From positions 352,001-416,000 of the forward strand of contig JAXGMI010000001.1 in NCBI GenBank assembly GCA_040768745.1: a DNA stretch of 64,000 nt, written 5' to 3'. A program made the position numbers and the translations under genes. Position 1 is the first letter of the stretch; each line of letters starts with the position of its first letter. Source of the stretch: Desulfomicrobium sp. (lineage in GTDB: Bacteria > Desulfobacterota > Desulfovibrionia > Desulfovibrionales > Desulfomicrobiaceae). Under the pieces are notes generated by a model. It was given only the letters and a program-made list of their open reading frames with translations. It had not been told where the DNA came from and ran no database searches. Below are positions 29,276-39,337 of this stretch, piece after piece.

Positions 29276-30250
29276 ATGAACGACGCCTACGAGATCATCA
29301 GCCGCTTCGATCCGGATTTCCCCCGCAAGAGGGCCGGAAGCCTGCTGAAAGATACTTCGGAATTCATGAACATCCAGTACGGTGACGTGATCGAGTTGGA
29401 CGGCAACCATTTTCTGGTGCTCAGGGACGAGAAGGAACGCAGTTTCGGGGTGGAGGACCCCAAATACTGGGTCAAGCGCTGCCGCGAACTGAAAACCGGG
29501 GCCAGAAAAATCCTGAAGCTGGTTTTTTATGAGCAATTCCCCGTTTCACTGGGCTCCATGCAGATCGAATGCTTCCGCAGTCCGCGCAAGGAGGCCCGCA
29601 TTCTGGACCTGGTTCGGGGAGACAGCCGCTTCATGCAGGGCTATTCCTGCGACGACGCAGTCGGCAACAACGTCCGGGTTCTCGATGTGGTCAAAGGGGA
29701 TCTGCTGTCCCTGGAAATCGACCGTCTGGAGGCAGACCACAGGACCTACTACCACGAACTTCTCCCGGACATCCTGGACAAGTTCGTCGTGGCCTGCCGG
29801 GCCATCGAATTCCTGCACCGGCATGGCGAGAACCACGGCGACATCCGCCGGGACCACCTCTGGCTGGAGCAAGGCACAGGCAATTATGTCTGGATCGACT
29901 TCGACTACACCTACGAGTTCCAGGAAAGCCCCTTCGGTCTGGACATCTTCGGCCTGGGGAATCTCCTCCTGTACCTCTGCGGCAAGAAGTTCTGCACCAC
30001 CTTCAACATGTCCAAACCCGAATTCGACGGGCGCACGGACATCTCCCTGGAAGCGGCGGACTTTTCCATGCTGTTCAAACACCGTCTGTGCAACCTGCGC
30101 AAGGTCTATCCCTATGTCAGCCAGAATCTGAACAACGTGCTCATGCATTTTTCCTCGACCTCGGAGGTCTTCTACCCCACCGTGGGGGAAATGCTCGATG
30201 ACCTGCGGCCCTGTATCGATGAAATCCGCCTGGGGCGGATCAACGCCTAA
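29276..30250 (+). CDS. Protein-kinase-like (Ser/Thr kinase fold) protein
   Basis: ILKLV Lys strand, KEARIL helix-C Glu, FLH...HGDIRRDH catalytic loop, WIDFD and DIFGLG. Confidence 0.75.
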   Translation: MNDAYEIISRFDPDFPRKRAGSLLKDTSEFMNIQYGDVIELDGNHFLVLRDEKERSFGVEDPKYWVKRCRELKTGARKILKLVFYEQFPVSLGSMQIECFRSPRKEARILDLVRGDSRFMQGYSCDDAVGNNVRVLDVVKGDLLSLEIDRLEADHRTYYHELLPDILDKFVVACRAIEFLHRHGENHGDIRRDHLWLEQGTGNYVWIDFDYTYEFQESPFGLDIFGLGNLLLYLCGKKFCTTFNMSKPEFDGRTDISLEAADFSMLFKHRLCNLRKVYPYVSQNLNNVLMHFSSTSEVFYPTVGEMLDDLRPCIDEIRLGRINA

Positions 30251-30259
30251 GGAGACGCC

Positions 30260-30751
30260 ATGAATCCGAAAAAAATTCTCATCGCCGTGGATGCTTCCGA
30301 AAACTCAGCCCGGGCCGTGCAGTACGTGGCCGACCTGTTGCAGGCCACCACGGGCTTCCTGGTCACCGTGCTCTATATCGAGCGCCCGCCCAACCGGGAC
30401 ATGTTCGCCGACGAAGCCTCCTGGATCGAAGCCGGACAGGCCCAGGAACTGCGCATCCGCACCTTTCTGCAGCAGGCCAAGACCAGTCTGCTCGAACGTG
30501 GTCTGGGCCCTGAAACCGTGAATATCGACTATGTTCCCCACTGCCAGTCACCGGTCAACCAGCCTGCCCAGCAGTGCAGCATCGGCACATCCATTGCCCG
30601 GGACATTCTCCAGTACCAGCTCGCCGGCGGATACGGGACATTGGTTATCGGCCGGCGCGGCGTGTCCCGGGCCGAGGAGTTCCTGTTCGGCAGCGTGACG
30701 ACCAAGATCACCCATCTGGCCAAGGACTGCACCGTGTGGGTGGTGCAGTAG
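30260..30751 (+). CDS. Universal stress protein
   Basis: ILIAVDAS...LVIGRRG...GSVTTKI...TVWVV. Confidence 0.92.
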   Translation: MNPKKILIAVDASENSARAVQYVADLLQATTGFLVTVLYIERPPNRDMFADEASWIEAGQAQELRIRTFLQQAKTSLLERGLGPETVNIDYVPHCQSPVNQPAQQCSIGTSIARDILQYQLAGGYGTLVIGRRGVSRAEEFLFGSVTTKITHLAKDCTVWVVQ

Positions 30752-30766
30752 ACACGGAGGAGATCC

Positions 30767-31108
30767 ATGCCCTGTCTTGAACTGGTGACCAACGTCCGCA
30801 TCCCGGACCAGGACCGGCTCATGCGCCGCCTTTCCCAAACAGTCTGCACCGGCCTGGGCAAGTCTGAAATCTACATGATGGTCATCCTGCGCGGCGAGAC
30901 GCCCATGTACTTCAGCGGCAACGTGGAACCCGCGGCCTTCCTGCACGTGAAAACCCTGGGTATCAGACCGGAGGCCATCAAGGGCCTGACCCCCGGCCTG
31001 GCGGATCTGGTGTACCAGGAACTGGGCGTCGACAGATCAAGGATCTACACCCTTTTCTCGGACGCTGACCCAACCAACTGGGCCCAGGGCGGACAGACCT
31101 TCGGCTGA
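30767..31108 (+). CDS. MIF-family tautomerase (phenylpyruvate tautomerase-related)
   Basis: N-terminal catalytic Pro (MPCL..TNV), LGKSEIYMMV, EPAAF, RIY and WA..G.TF; 113 aa. Confidence 0.85.
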   Translation: MPCLELVTNVRIPDQDRLMRRLSQTVCTGLGKSEIYMMVILRGETPMYFSGNVEPAAFLHVKTLGIRPEAIKGLTPGLADLVYQELGVDRSRIYTLFSDADPTNWAQGGQTFG

Positions 31109-31198
31109 CGCGGGACCTTGCGTCGGAGAGACCTTGCGTGTACAGGAGCCGGGCGCCGGGACCATTCGACTCCGGCTCCATCCAACGCGAGGTATTCC

Positions 31199-31642
31199 AT
31201 GTCAGACAAGAACTACGCCCAGAGCATCGCCGGTGACCTGTTCCGCATGATCCAATCTGCCCGGGAGCAGGGTGTGGGCGTGGACAACGGATTCCGCAAT
31301 CAGGCCATGTCCAGCCAGGGTATGAGCCTGACCTACCTGTTCCTGAACAAGAACGACCTGTTGCAGGTTCCGGCCCTCCCGCCCCAGGTCAAAATGCAGG
31401 TCCGCCGCTCCAACGCCCTGGCCGTCATCGAGGTGAAGGACGCCCGGGGCGTCAAGCAGACCGCAGGCATCCACCTGATCTGGTCCAGCCCCAAACCCTG
31501 CTCCGGCGTCGGGTCCGACGCTGAAATGCTCGATGGCATCCAGATCCAGGGCCTGGCGGCCTTCACCAGCCAGCTCAAATCCGTGCTCAAAAACGACATC
31601 CCCCGCACCGTGGACGGTCAGATCCCCGCCCAATCCGAGTAG
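31199..31642 (+). CDS. Hypothetical protein
   Basis: 147-aa ORF with GAGG RBS and host-like codon usage. Confidence 0.7.
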   Translation: MSDKNYAQSIAGDLFRMIQSAREQGVGVDNGFRNQAMSSQGMSLTYLFLNKNDLLQVPALPPQVKMQVRRSNALAVIEVKDARGVKQTAGIHLIWSSPKPCSGVGSDAEMLDGIQIQGLAAFTSQLKSVLKNDIPRTVDGQIPAQSE

Positions 31643-31665
31643 TGGAGAATGGAACCGCACATGCC

Positions 31666-32262
31666 ATGCTGCTGAAACTCCTTTTCTCCACCGTGATCTG
31701 CGCCTTCATCGGCTGGATCACCAATTTCATCGCCATCAAGATGCTCTTCCACCCCAGGCAGCCCCTGCAGGTGGGCAGCCTCACGGTCCAGGGCATCTTC
31801 CCCAAGAGGCAAAAGGCCCTGGCCTTCAACCTGGCCGCTGTCATTGAGGGTGAACTGCTCTCCCACGACGATATCCGGCAGGCCATGCACCGGCCGGAAT
31901 TCGCCAGGCGGCTGAAGGACAGGATCCTGGATGGATTCACGGATTTCCTGTCCAAGCGTCTGGGGGGATTGAACCCCATGATCGCCATGTTCCTGGACAG
32001 CGCCATGATGGACAGGATCAAGGGTCTGCTGGACGCTGAGATGGACCGCATCGTACCGGGCCTGCTGGAGACCGCCACGAGTGAACTGCAGAACAGCCTT
32101 GATCTGCGTCAGATCATCCAGGACAAGATCGAAGGGCTGTCCATGGAGCGCCTGGAGGCGCTGCTCATGTCCATCATGGCCAGGGAGTTCCGCTTCATCG
32201 AGGTGGTCGGGGCCGTGCTGGGCGCGGCCATAGGGCTGGTCCAGGGGCTGATCTTCCTCTAG
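31666..32262 (+). CDS. DUF445 (YheB-like) membrane-anchored protein
   Basis: IGWITNFIAIKMLFHP...QGIFPKRQ and C-terminal EFRFIEVVGAVLG..IGLVQ. Confidence 0.88.
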   Translation: MLLKLLFSTVICAFIGWITNFIAIKMLFHPRQPLQVGSLTVQGIFPKRQKALAFNLAAVIEGELLSHDDIRQAMHRPEFARRLKDRILDGFTDFLSKRLGGLNPMIAMFLDSAMMDRIKGLLDAEMDRIVPGLLETATSELQNSLDLRQIIQDKIEGLSMERLEALLMSIMAREFRFIEVVGAVLGAAIGLVQGLIFL

Positions 32263-32267
32263 TCGGG

Positions 32268-32684
32268 TCACTCCCCGATGATCTTGACCAGCACCCGCTT
32301 CCGCCGCCGCCCGTCGAACTCGCCGTAGAAGATCCGCTCCCAGGTCCCGAAATCCAGACGCCCCCCTGTCACGGCCACGACCACCTCGCGGCCCATGATC
32401 TGCCGCTTCATGTGCGCGTCGGCGTTGTCCTCGCCCACGTTGTGCCGGTACTGGCCGACGGGCTCGTGCGGGGCCAGCCTCTCCAGCCATTTCTCGTAGT
32501 CGTGGTGCAGGCCTGATTCGTCGTCGTTGATGAAGACCGAGGCCGTGATGTGCATGGCGTTGACCAGCACCAGTCCCTCCCTGATCCCGCTTTCGCGCAG
32601 ACAGGCCTCGACCTCCCCCGTGATGTTGATGAACGCCCTGCGGGTGGGCACCTGGAACCAGAGTTCCTTGCGGTAGCTTTTCAT
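32268..32684 (-). CDS. yjbQ: YjbQ / UPF0047 protein (secondary thiamine-phosphate synthase)
   Basis: [19 protein letters not shown] and [18 protein letters not shown] motifs. Confidence 0.93.
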   Translation of the reverse strand: MKSYRKELWFQVPTRRAFINITGEVEACLRESGIREGLVLVNAMHITASVFINDDESGLHHDYEKWLERLAPHEPVGQYRHNVGEDNADAHMKRQIMGREVVVAVTGGRLDFGTWERIFYGEFDGRRRKRVLVKIIGE

Positions 32685-33039
32685 GGTTTTCCTGCTGCAG
32701 CAGCGATGCTGGTTGGTGTGCACATCAAAGGCAACGCCGATCATTCCTCCACGATGTCGAATGCCGCGCAGCCCATGTGTTTTCTTCCACAGTCGGGCTC
32801 TGCAGTCCATGGGAGAGAATCTCTCCATCACAGGTCGGTTCCCGGCATGCCTACACAGCCGGTGGACACCCAACGAGCCCCACACGCTGAGATGCAACGT
32901 AAAATTATCCGATATTTCAAGTCGTAACGCTTCATTCGCGATCCGCCCTGCTTGCACAACACAATGTATCAGGCTAGGCATTCAAAGCTCTGGAAGGCAG
33001 AGTGACTTCTCTATTCCAGGACTTCTGCATCAATCCCCT

Positions 33040-33108
33040 TTCATCGAGGTGGTCGGGGCCGTGCTGGGCGGGCTCATCGGTCTGGTCCAGGGGCTGATCT
33101 TCCTCTGA
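33040..33108 (+). pseudogene. Orphan duplicate of the last 22 codons plus stop of the DUF445 gene (direct repeat of 32194-32262)
   Basis: 62/69 nt identical to 32194-32262; encodes FIEVVGAVLGGLIGLVQGLIFL*. Confidence 0.9.
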
Positions 33109-33426
33109 TCGCTCGGCAGGACATTGGGGCGCCTTACGGAGGACATGCCCATCTCAGATCATTGGTCAAGGTCATTGGAAATGACGCAAACAGCTTCTAA
33201 AAATCGTTTACCAAGCTTGGCGTTCGGCTCCGCTCTTCCACTCACATACATGCTCGACACGGCTTCCCTATACCCGAGGTAATGGCCTGAAATACCGACT
33301 TGTGCCTTACCGCCCAAGTGCGTTACGCGTGGCCAAATATTTCCCGGCGCAGCACGTTTGGCGAACCTGCGCAGGGATTCGCGCACGGCCTGCTTTTGCA
33401 ACGAATCTATCAAGGACTCACACCTG

Positions 33427-35706
33427 ATGAAGCTGACCGACCAGGAAAAACAGGAAATCATCCGCTATCTCGACGCGGACAAACCCCTGCCCGAGAAATA
33501 CCGTTTTCTGCTGTTTGACGACAAACGCGAGGTGGAGCTGGTCTGGAACGGCAAGAGCGGCGATGTCTGTAACATCGTGCTGCCTTTTCAAGTCATTGAG
33601 CAGATCGACGAGCCCAGGGCCGAGAAAAAGGACGCGGGTGCTTTTCCGCTGCTCAAGGCCATGAATCTGTCCCTGGATAACCGGGGCCGTCAGCTCAAGG
33701 GCTGGACCAACAAGCTGATCTGGGGCGACAACAAACTCATTTTGTCCAGTCTCAAAAACGGTCCCCTACGTGAGGAAATCGAGAAGCAGGGCGGGCTGAA
33801 GCTGATCTACATCGACCCGCCCTTTGACGTGGGCGCGGATTTTTCCATGGACATCGAGATCGGCGGCGACACCTTCACCAAAAAACCGAACATCCTCGAA
33901 GAAATCGCCTACCGCGACACCTGGGGCAAGGGCGCGGATTCGTTCATTTCCATGATCTATGAACGGCTCAAGCTGATGCGGGATCTGCTGGCGGAGGATG
34001 GGAGTATTTATGTGCATATGGGATGGGGCGTATCGCATTACCTGCGTTCCATCCTTGATGAAGTATTTGGAAAAAAGCAAGTCATCAATCAAATTATATG
34101 GAAAAGGCAGACTGCGCATAGTGACAGTGGCCAAGGTTCCTCACATCTTGGTCGACTCCATGATGTTCTTTTTCACTATTCAAAAAATGAACAATATATA
34201 TGGAATATTCAGCATGCTCCATACGGAGAAGAATATCTGCGCACTCACTATAAAAAAATTGAAGAATGTACTGGCCGCAGATATGAATTAGACAATTTGA
34301 TTGGCCCTGGAGGAGCGGCAAAAGGCAATGCTAATTACGAATTTTTAGGAATAACACGATTTTGGCGTTTCAAAAAAGAACGCATGGAAGAATTGTATCG
34401 CCAAGGTCGCATTATCCAGCCCAGCCCTGGCGCTGTGCCTCGATACAAACGCTACCTTGATGAAATGCCCGGCGTGCCGGTGCAGGATCTTTGGCTTGAT
34501 CTGAACCCCATCAATTCTCAGGCAAAGGAATTTGTTGGCTACGCGACCCAAAAGCCGGAAACATTGCTTGAGCGTATTCTTAGGACCTCGTCCAACGAAG
34601 GCGATCTGGTGGCGGATTTCTTCTGCGGGTCCGGGACCACGGCGGCCGTGGCCGAAAAGCTGGGTCGCAAATGGATCTGCACGGACCTGGGTAAATTCGC
34701 CATCCACACCACGCGCAAGCGCCTCATCGGGGTCCAGCGCCAGCTCAAGAAAGACAACCAGGGCTACCGCGCCTTTGAAATTCTGGACCTCGGCAAATAC
34801 GAGCGTCAGCACTACGTGGGCGTCAACCCGAACCTGCGCGAGGCCGAGCAGCAGGCCCAGCTGGCGGCCAGGGAAGAGGCTTTCCTGGCCCTCATTCTGC
34901 GCGCCTACCGAGCCGAAAAAGTGGACGGCTTCGCCACCTTTTACGGCAAACGCGCCGGACGGCTGGTGGCGGTCGGTCCCATCAATCTGCCCGTGACGCG
35001 GCTCTTTGTGGAAGAAATCATTCTGGAATGCCGCAAAAAGCACATCACCCGCGTGGACGTGCTGGGCTTTGAGTTCGAAATGGGCCTGTTCCCCAACGTG
35101 CTGGACGAGGCCAGGGCCAAGGGCATCGACATCGCGCCCAAGTACATCCCGGCCGAAGTCTTTGACAAACGGGCCGTGGAAAAAAATCAGGTCGTGTTCC
35201 ACGACGTATCCTTCATCGAAGTCAAACCGCACGTGGCGGGCAAGAAACTGTCCGTGGAACTGACGGATTTTTCCGTGTTCTATTCCCAGGACTCCATCGC
35301 CAGCGCCGAGGCGGCATTGAGCGGCGCATCCAAGGCAGGAAGCCGCATTGTGGTCGAGCGCGGCCAGGTCGTGAAACTGTCCAAGGGCAAGGACGGCATC
35401 GTCACCCGCGAACAACTGACCAAGCACTGGACCGACTGGATCGACTACTGGTCCGTGGATTTTGACTACGAAAGCAAGCGCGAGCTGATCCGGGTCCAGA
35501 ATCCGGACACGGGCGAATGGGAAGAGCAATGGACGGGCGATTATGTCTTTGAAAACGAATGGCAGTCTTTCCGCACCAAGAAGGATCGCAGCCTGGACCT
35601 GAAAAGCGCGACCCAGGACTGCACGCCCGGCCGCCGCAAGATCGCGGTCAAGGTCGTGGACATCTTCGGCAACGATACCATGACCATCGTGGAGGTGAAC
35701 ATATGA
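33427..35706 (+). CDS. mod: Type III restriction-modification methyltransferase (Mod, N6A/N4C beta class)
   Basis: IYIDPPF precedes DFFCGSGTT (beta order); TQKPE motif; C-terminal KVVDIFGND; upstream of Res. Confidence 0.92.
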   Translation: MKLTDQEKQEIIRYLDADKPLPEKYRFLLFDDKREVELVWNGKSGDVCNIVLPFQVIEQIDEPRAEKKDAGAFPLLKAMNLSLDNRGRQLKGWTNKLIWGDNKLILSSLKNGPLREEIEKQGGLKLIYIDPPFDVGADFSMDIEIGGDTFTKKPNILEEIAYRDTWGKGADSFISMIYERLKLMRDLLAEDGSIYVHMGWGVSHYLRSILDEVFGKKQVINQIIWKRQTAHSDSGQGSSHLGRLHDVLFHYSKNEQYIWNIQHAPYGEEYLRTHYKKIEECTGRRYELDNLIGPGGAAKGNANYEFLGITRFWRFKKERMEELYRQGRIIQPSPGAVPRYKRYLDEMPGVPVQDLWLDLNPINSQAKEFVGYATQKPETLLERILRTSSNEGDLVADFFCGSGTTAAVAEKLGRKWICTDLGKFAIHTTRKRLIGVQRQLKKDNQGYRAFEILDLGKYERQHYVGVNPNLREAEQQAQLAAREEAFLALILRAYRAEKVDGFATFYGKRAGRLVAVGPINLPVTRLFVEEIILECRKKHITRVDVLGFEFEMGLFPNVLDEARAKGIDIAPKYIPAEVFDKRAVEKNQVVFHDVSFIEVKPHVAGKKLSVELTDFSVFYSQDSIASAEAALSGASKAGSRIVVERGQVVKLSKGKDGIVTREQLTKHWTDWIDYWSVDFDYESKRELIRVQNPDTGEWEEQWTGDYVFENEWQSFRTKKDRSLDLKSATQDCTPGRRKIAVKVVDIFGNDTMTIVEVNI

Positions 35707-36584
35707 GCGTCACGAATGGCGATGAAGACGGCGTTGTCGCCGCATCACCGCATCATGCCGCGTCGCCTTTCGAACGGATCAAACGCGTGAATGATTCCGG
35801 GGCTGAGTACTGGTCCAGCCGTGATTTTGCCGGAACGCTCGGGTATGGCGATTACCGCAACTTCGAAAGCGTGCTCGGCAAGGCCAGGATGGCTTGTTTT
35901 CAAAGCGGAAACCGCATCGAGGATCATTTCGTTGAGGTCACCGAAATGATCGGGATCGGCAAGGGCGGTCAACGGGCGGTCAAAACCGTGCTCATGTCGC
36001 GGTACGCGTGCTATCTGGCCATTCAGAATGCCGATCCGAAAAAGTCCATCGTCGCGCAAGGGCAATCGTATTTCGCCATCCAGACCCGACGGCAGGAACT
36101 GGCCGATGAGCGCATCGAAGAAAGCAGGCGCCTGCTGCTGCGGGAGGAAATCCGACGGCACAACGTGCAGCTGGCCGACGCGGCCAAGAACGCCGGAGTC
36201 CTGGAACCGCTTGATTACGCGATTTTCCAGAATCACGGCTACATGGGACTCTACGGAGGCTTGAAGCAAGAGGATATCCACAGACGAAAAGGGTTGAAAA
36301 AGAGCCAGAAAATTTTGGATCACATGGGCAGCACGGAATTGGCCGCCAATCTGTTCCGCGCCACCCAGGCCGAGGAAAAATTGCGCCGAGATAACATTAA
36401 GGGCAAGGCGGCGGCAAACCGGACGCATCATGAGGTTGGTGCGAAAGTTCGACAGACCATCCGTGAGTTGGGCGGTGTCATGCCCGAGGAATTGCCCGCC
36501 GAGGAAAGTATCAAGAAAATCGAACGAAAGCACCGCAAGCCGCTCGGTCCGACACCAAGCAGCACGAACTCAGAAAACGAGTAA
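35703..36584 (+). CDS. dinD: DNA damage-inducible protein D
   Basis: SPFERIK...EYWSSRD, SRYACYL..QNADP.K, YFAIQTRRQE, FQNHGY.GLYGG and ILDHMGSTELAANLFRATQ motifs. Confidence 0.92.
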   Translation: MSVTNGDEDGVVAASPHHAASPFERIKRVNDSGAEYWSSRDFAGTLGYGDYRNFESVLGKARMACFQSGNRIEDHFVEVTEMIGIGKGGQRAVKTVLMSRYACYLAIQNADPKKSIVAQGQSYFAIQTRRQELADERIEESRRLLLREEIRRHNVQLADAAKNAGVLEPLDYAIFQNHGYMGLYGGLKQEDIHRRKGLKKSQKILDHMGSTELAANLFRATQAEEKLRRDNIKGKAAANRTHHEVGAKVRQTIRELGGVMPEELPAEESIKKIERKHRKPLGPTPSSTNSENE

Positions 36585-36590
36585 CTCCAC

Positions 36591-39272
36591 ATGGCCCTGC
36601 ACCCTGACTTTCCCCTCTCTCCCCACGCCATTCTTGATCCGGCCATCCGCTGGTTCCCCGCCGACGAGGCCCTGCGCGACACGACCATGGACAAGCTCAT
36701 GCCTCCCTTGGTGCCAGCCCTGCGCCGCAAGGTGCGGGAATTTCGTGACAGCGGCTACGTGGGGGCCTCGGCCACCAGCGTGGCCCTGCTGAACTGGTGG
36801 TTTGTGGAACCGCACTTGTTGGAAAAGGCCGATGGTTCCATGTTTGAATTCGCCTACTATTTTGCTCAGCGCGAGGCTCTGGAAACCATTGTCTATCTGC
36901 ATGACATGGTCGGGGTACGCGACAAGCACGATCTGATGCGCTTTGATACCAGCGGGGAAGTCAGGGCCAAGCTCTTTGACGAGACGTGGCGACGTTTTGT
37001 GATCAAGATGGCCACGGGCAGTGGCAAGACCAAGGTCATGAGTCTGGCTATTGCCTGGAGTTTTTTCCACAAACTGTACGAGCCGGATTCCGATCTGGCG
37101 CGCAATTTTTTGGTCATCGCGCCGAACATCATCGTCCTGGACAGAATTTATCATGACTTCAAGGGGCTGGACATTTTCTTTCATGACCCTGTCCTGCCCG
37201 ACGACGGGTATGAGGGACGCAACTGGCGCAGTGATTTCCAGCTGACTCTGCATAAGCAGGACGAAGTGCGCGTGACCCAGCCCACGGGCAACATTTTTCT
37301 GACCAACATCCACCGCGTCTATTCCGGCGATGACGTGCCCCCAACACCGGATGATGACAACACCATGGATTACTTTCTGGGGCAGCGCCCCACGGGCAAG
37401 ACCACGGACTCCAAGGTCGATCTGGGCGTGATCGTGCGCGACATCGACGAACTCATGATCGTCAACGATGAAGCGCATCATATTCACGATCCGGGTCTGG
37501 CCTGGTTCAAATCCATCCAGGACATCCACAATCGCATGTTGCAGAAGGACGCGGCCTTGTCCCTGCAAATCGACGTCACGGCCACGCCCAAGCATAACAA
37601 CGGCGCGATCTTTGTGCAGACCGTCGCGGATTACCCCTTGGTGGAGGCCATCAAGCAGAATGTGGTTAAGCATCCCGTGCTGCCCGATGCCGAAAGTCGC
37701 GCCAAGCTCGTGGAAAAGACGAGCGCCAAATACACGGAAATGTACGCGGACCATCTGAATCTGGGTGTCATTGAATGGCGCAAGACCTACGTCGAGCATG
37801 AAAAACGGGGCAAAAAGGCCATCCTCTTTGTCATGACCGACGACACCCGCAACTGTGACGAAGTGGCGGAATACCTGCGTTCCCTGGGGCCGGACCTGGC
37901 CGGGGATGACGCCGTTCTGGTCATCCACACCAAGAACAACGGCGAAATCTCCGAAGCCGCGTCCGGCAAGAACGAAGAGGAACTGCGCAGGTTGCGCAAG
38001 CTGGCCAATGAAATCGATTCCTGGGACAGCCCGTGCAAGGTCATTGTCTCGGTGCTCATGCTCAAGGAAGGCTGGGACGTGCGCAACGTGACGACCATCG
38101 TCGGCCTGCGGGCCTACTCCGCAAAGAGCAATATTCTGCCCGAGCAGACCCTTGGACGTGGTCTGCGCAAGATGTATCCCGGTTTCGGGGGGGAATACGT
38201 CAGCGTCATCGGCACCGATGCGTTCATGGAGTTCGTCGAATCCATCCAGCAGGAAGGCGTGGTCTTTGAGCATCGACCCATGGGTGGCGGCACGGGTGGA
38301 TCGACCCTGCTCATCGAGGTGGAAACGGACAACGGGGCCAAAAACATTGCTGATCTCGACATCCGGATTCCCCTGCTCAGCCCCCGCGTCAGTCGAGAAT
38401 ACGCGGGCCTCGCCCATGTCGATCTGGCCCGTGTCGAATTTCGCCCTGTCATGTATCATACCTATGCGGATGAAGAACTGCGGGAGATTGTTTTCAAGGA
38501 CATCACGACCAACCAAATCACCCACACCACCATTCTGGAAGGGGGCGAAGTTACGGACTGGCGTAATGTCATCGCCTATTTCGTGCGGTCGGTCATGAAG
38601 GAACTCAAGCTGTTCAGCGGATACGAGCAGCTATACGGGCTGACCAAATTTTTCGTGCAGCACCGTCTTTTCGGCCAGCCCGTGGATCTGGAAGCCCCCA
38701 TGACCCTGCGCAATCTGGCCGAACCGGCCGCCGCCAAAACGCTGCGGGACGTGCTGCTGCGGGCCATCAATAGCGTCACGGTGCGTGCAAACGCCGATGT
38801 CATGGTCAAGGATTGGCTGAAGATCAGCGCCACGCGCCCGTTTTCCGTGAAAAGTCAGGACTATGTTCTGCCAACCAAGAGCGTGTTCAATAGAATTGTC
38901 GGCGATCAGGGCTTTGAGCTGCGATTCGCGGCGTTTTTGGAGAAATGTTCCGATGTCGTCAGCTTCGCCAAGAATTATTTCGCGGTGGGTTTCAAGCTCG
39001 ATTATGTCAACGGTTCCGGCAATATCGCAAATTATTATCCGGATTTTTTCGTCAAGACATCAGACAATCACATCGTCATTGTTGAAACAAAAGGTCGTGA
39101 GGAGTTGGATTTGCCCAACAAGCTGGGACGACTCAAACAGTGGTGTGAGGATGTAAATTCGGCGCAAACCGATCAGGTTTTTGATTTTCTTTATGTGGAT
39201 GAGGAGAGTTTCAAGAAGTATTCGTTCAAAACATTTGGCAAGTTGTTGAATTCATTTCACGCTGGGAAATAA
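36591..39272 (+). CDS. res: Type III restriction endonuclease subunit (Res; SF2 helicase plus PD-(D/E)xK nuclease)
   Basis: MATGSGKT, NDEAHH, TATP, LKEGWD, QTLGRGLR and C-terminal YYPDFFV...VETKG. Confidence 0.92.
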   Translation: MALHPDFPLSPHAILDPAIRWFPADEALRDTTMDKLMPPLVPALRRKVREFRDSGYVGASATSVALLNWWFVEPHLLEKADGSMFEFAYYFAQREALETIVYLHDMVGVRDKHDLMRFDTSGEVRAKLFDETWRRFVIKMATGSGKTKVMSLAIAWSFFHKLYEPDSDLARNFLVIAPNIIVLDRIYHDFKGLDIFFHDPVLPDDGYEGRNWRSDFQLTLHKQDEVRVTQPTGNIFLTNIHRVYSGDDVPPTPDDDNTMDYFLGQRPTGKTTDSKVDLGVIVRDIDELMIVNDEAHHIHDPGLAWFKSIQDIHNRMLQKDAALSLQIDVTATPKHNNGAIFVQTVADYPLVEAIKQNVVKHPVLPDAESRAKLVEKTSAKYTEMYADHLNLGVIEWRKTYVEHEKRGKKAILFVMTDDTRNCDEVAEYLRSLGPDLAGDDAVLVIHTKNNGEISEAASGKNEEELRRLRKLANEIDSWDSPCKVIVSVLMLKEGWDVRNVTTIVGLRAYSAKSNILPEQTLGRGLRKMYPGFGGEYVSVIGTDAFMEFVESIQQEGVVFEHRPMGGGTGGSTLLIEVETDNGAKNIADLDIRIPLLSPRVSREYAGLAHVDLARVEFRPVMYHTYADEELREIVFKDITTNQITHTTILEGGEVTDWRNVIAYFVRSVMKELKLFSGYEQLYGLTKFFVQHRLFGQPVDLEAPMTLRNLAEPAAAKTLRDVLLRAINSVTVRANADVMVKDWLKISATRPFSVKSQDYVLPTKSVFNRIVGDQGFELRFAAFLEKCSDVVSFAKNYFAVGFKLDYVNGSGNIANYYPDFFVKTSDNHIVIVETKGREELDLPNKLGRLKQWCEDVNSAQTDQVFDFLYVDEESFKKYSFKTFGKLLNSFHAGK

Positions 39273-39337
39273 ATTATACAGACGTGTTATACGAAATCTG
39301 TCCATTCACAAATCATACATTTTCTTCAAATCGCAAA

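Noticed and set aside
33427..35706. Possible phase-variable mod (phasevarion)
   Set aside because: No simple-sequence repeat tract seen in or upstream of the ORF, and the frame is intact.
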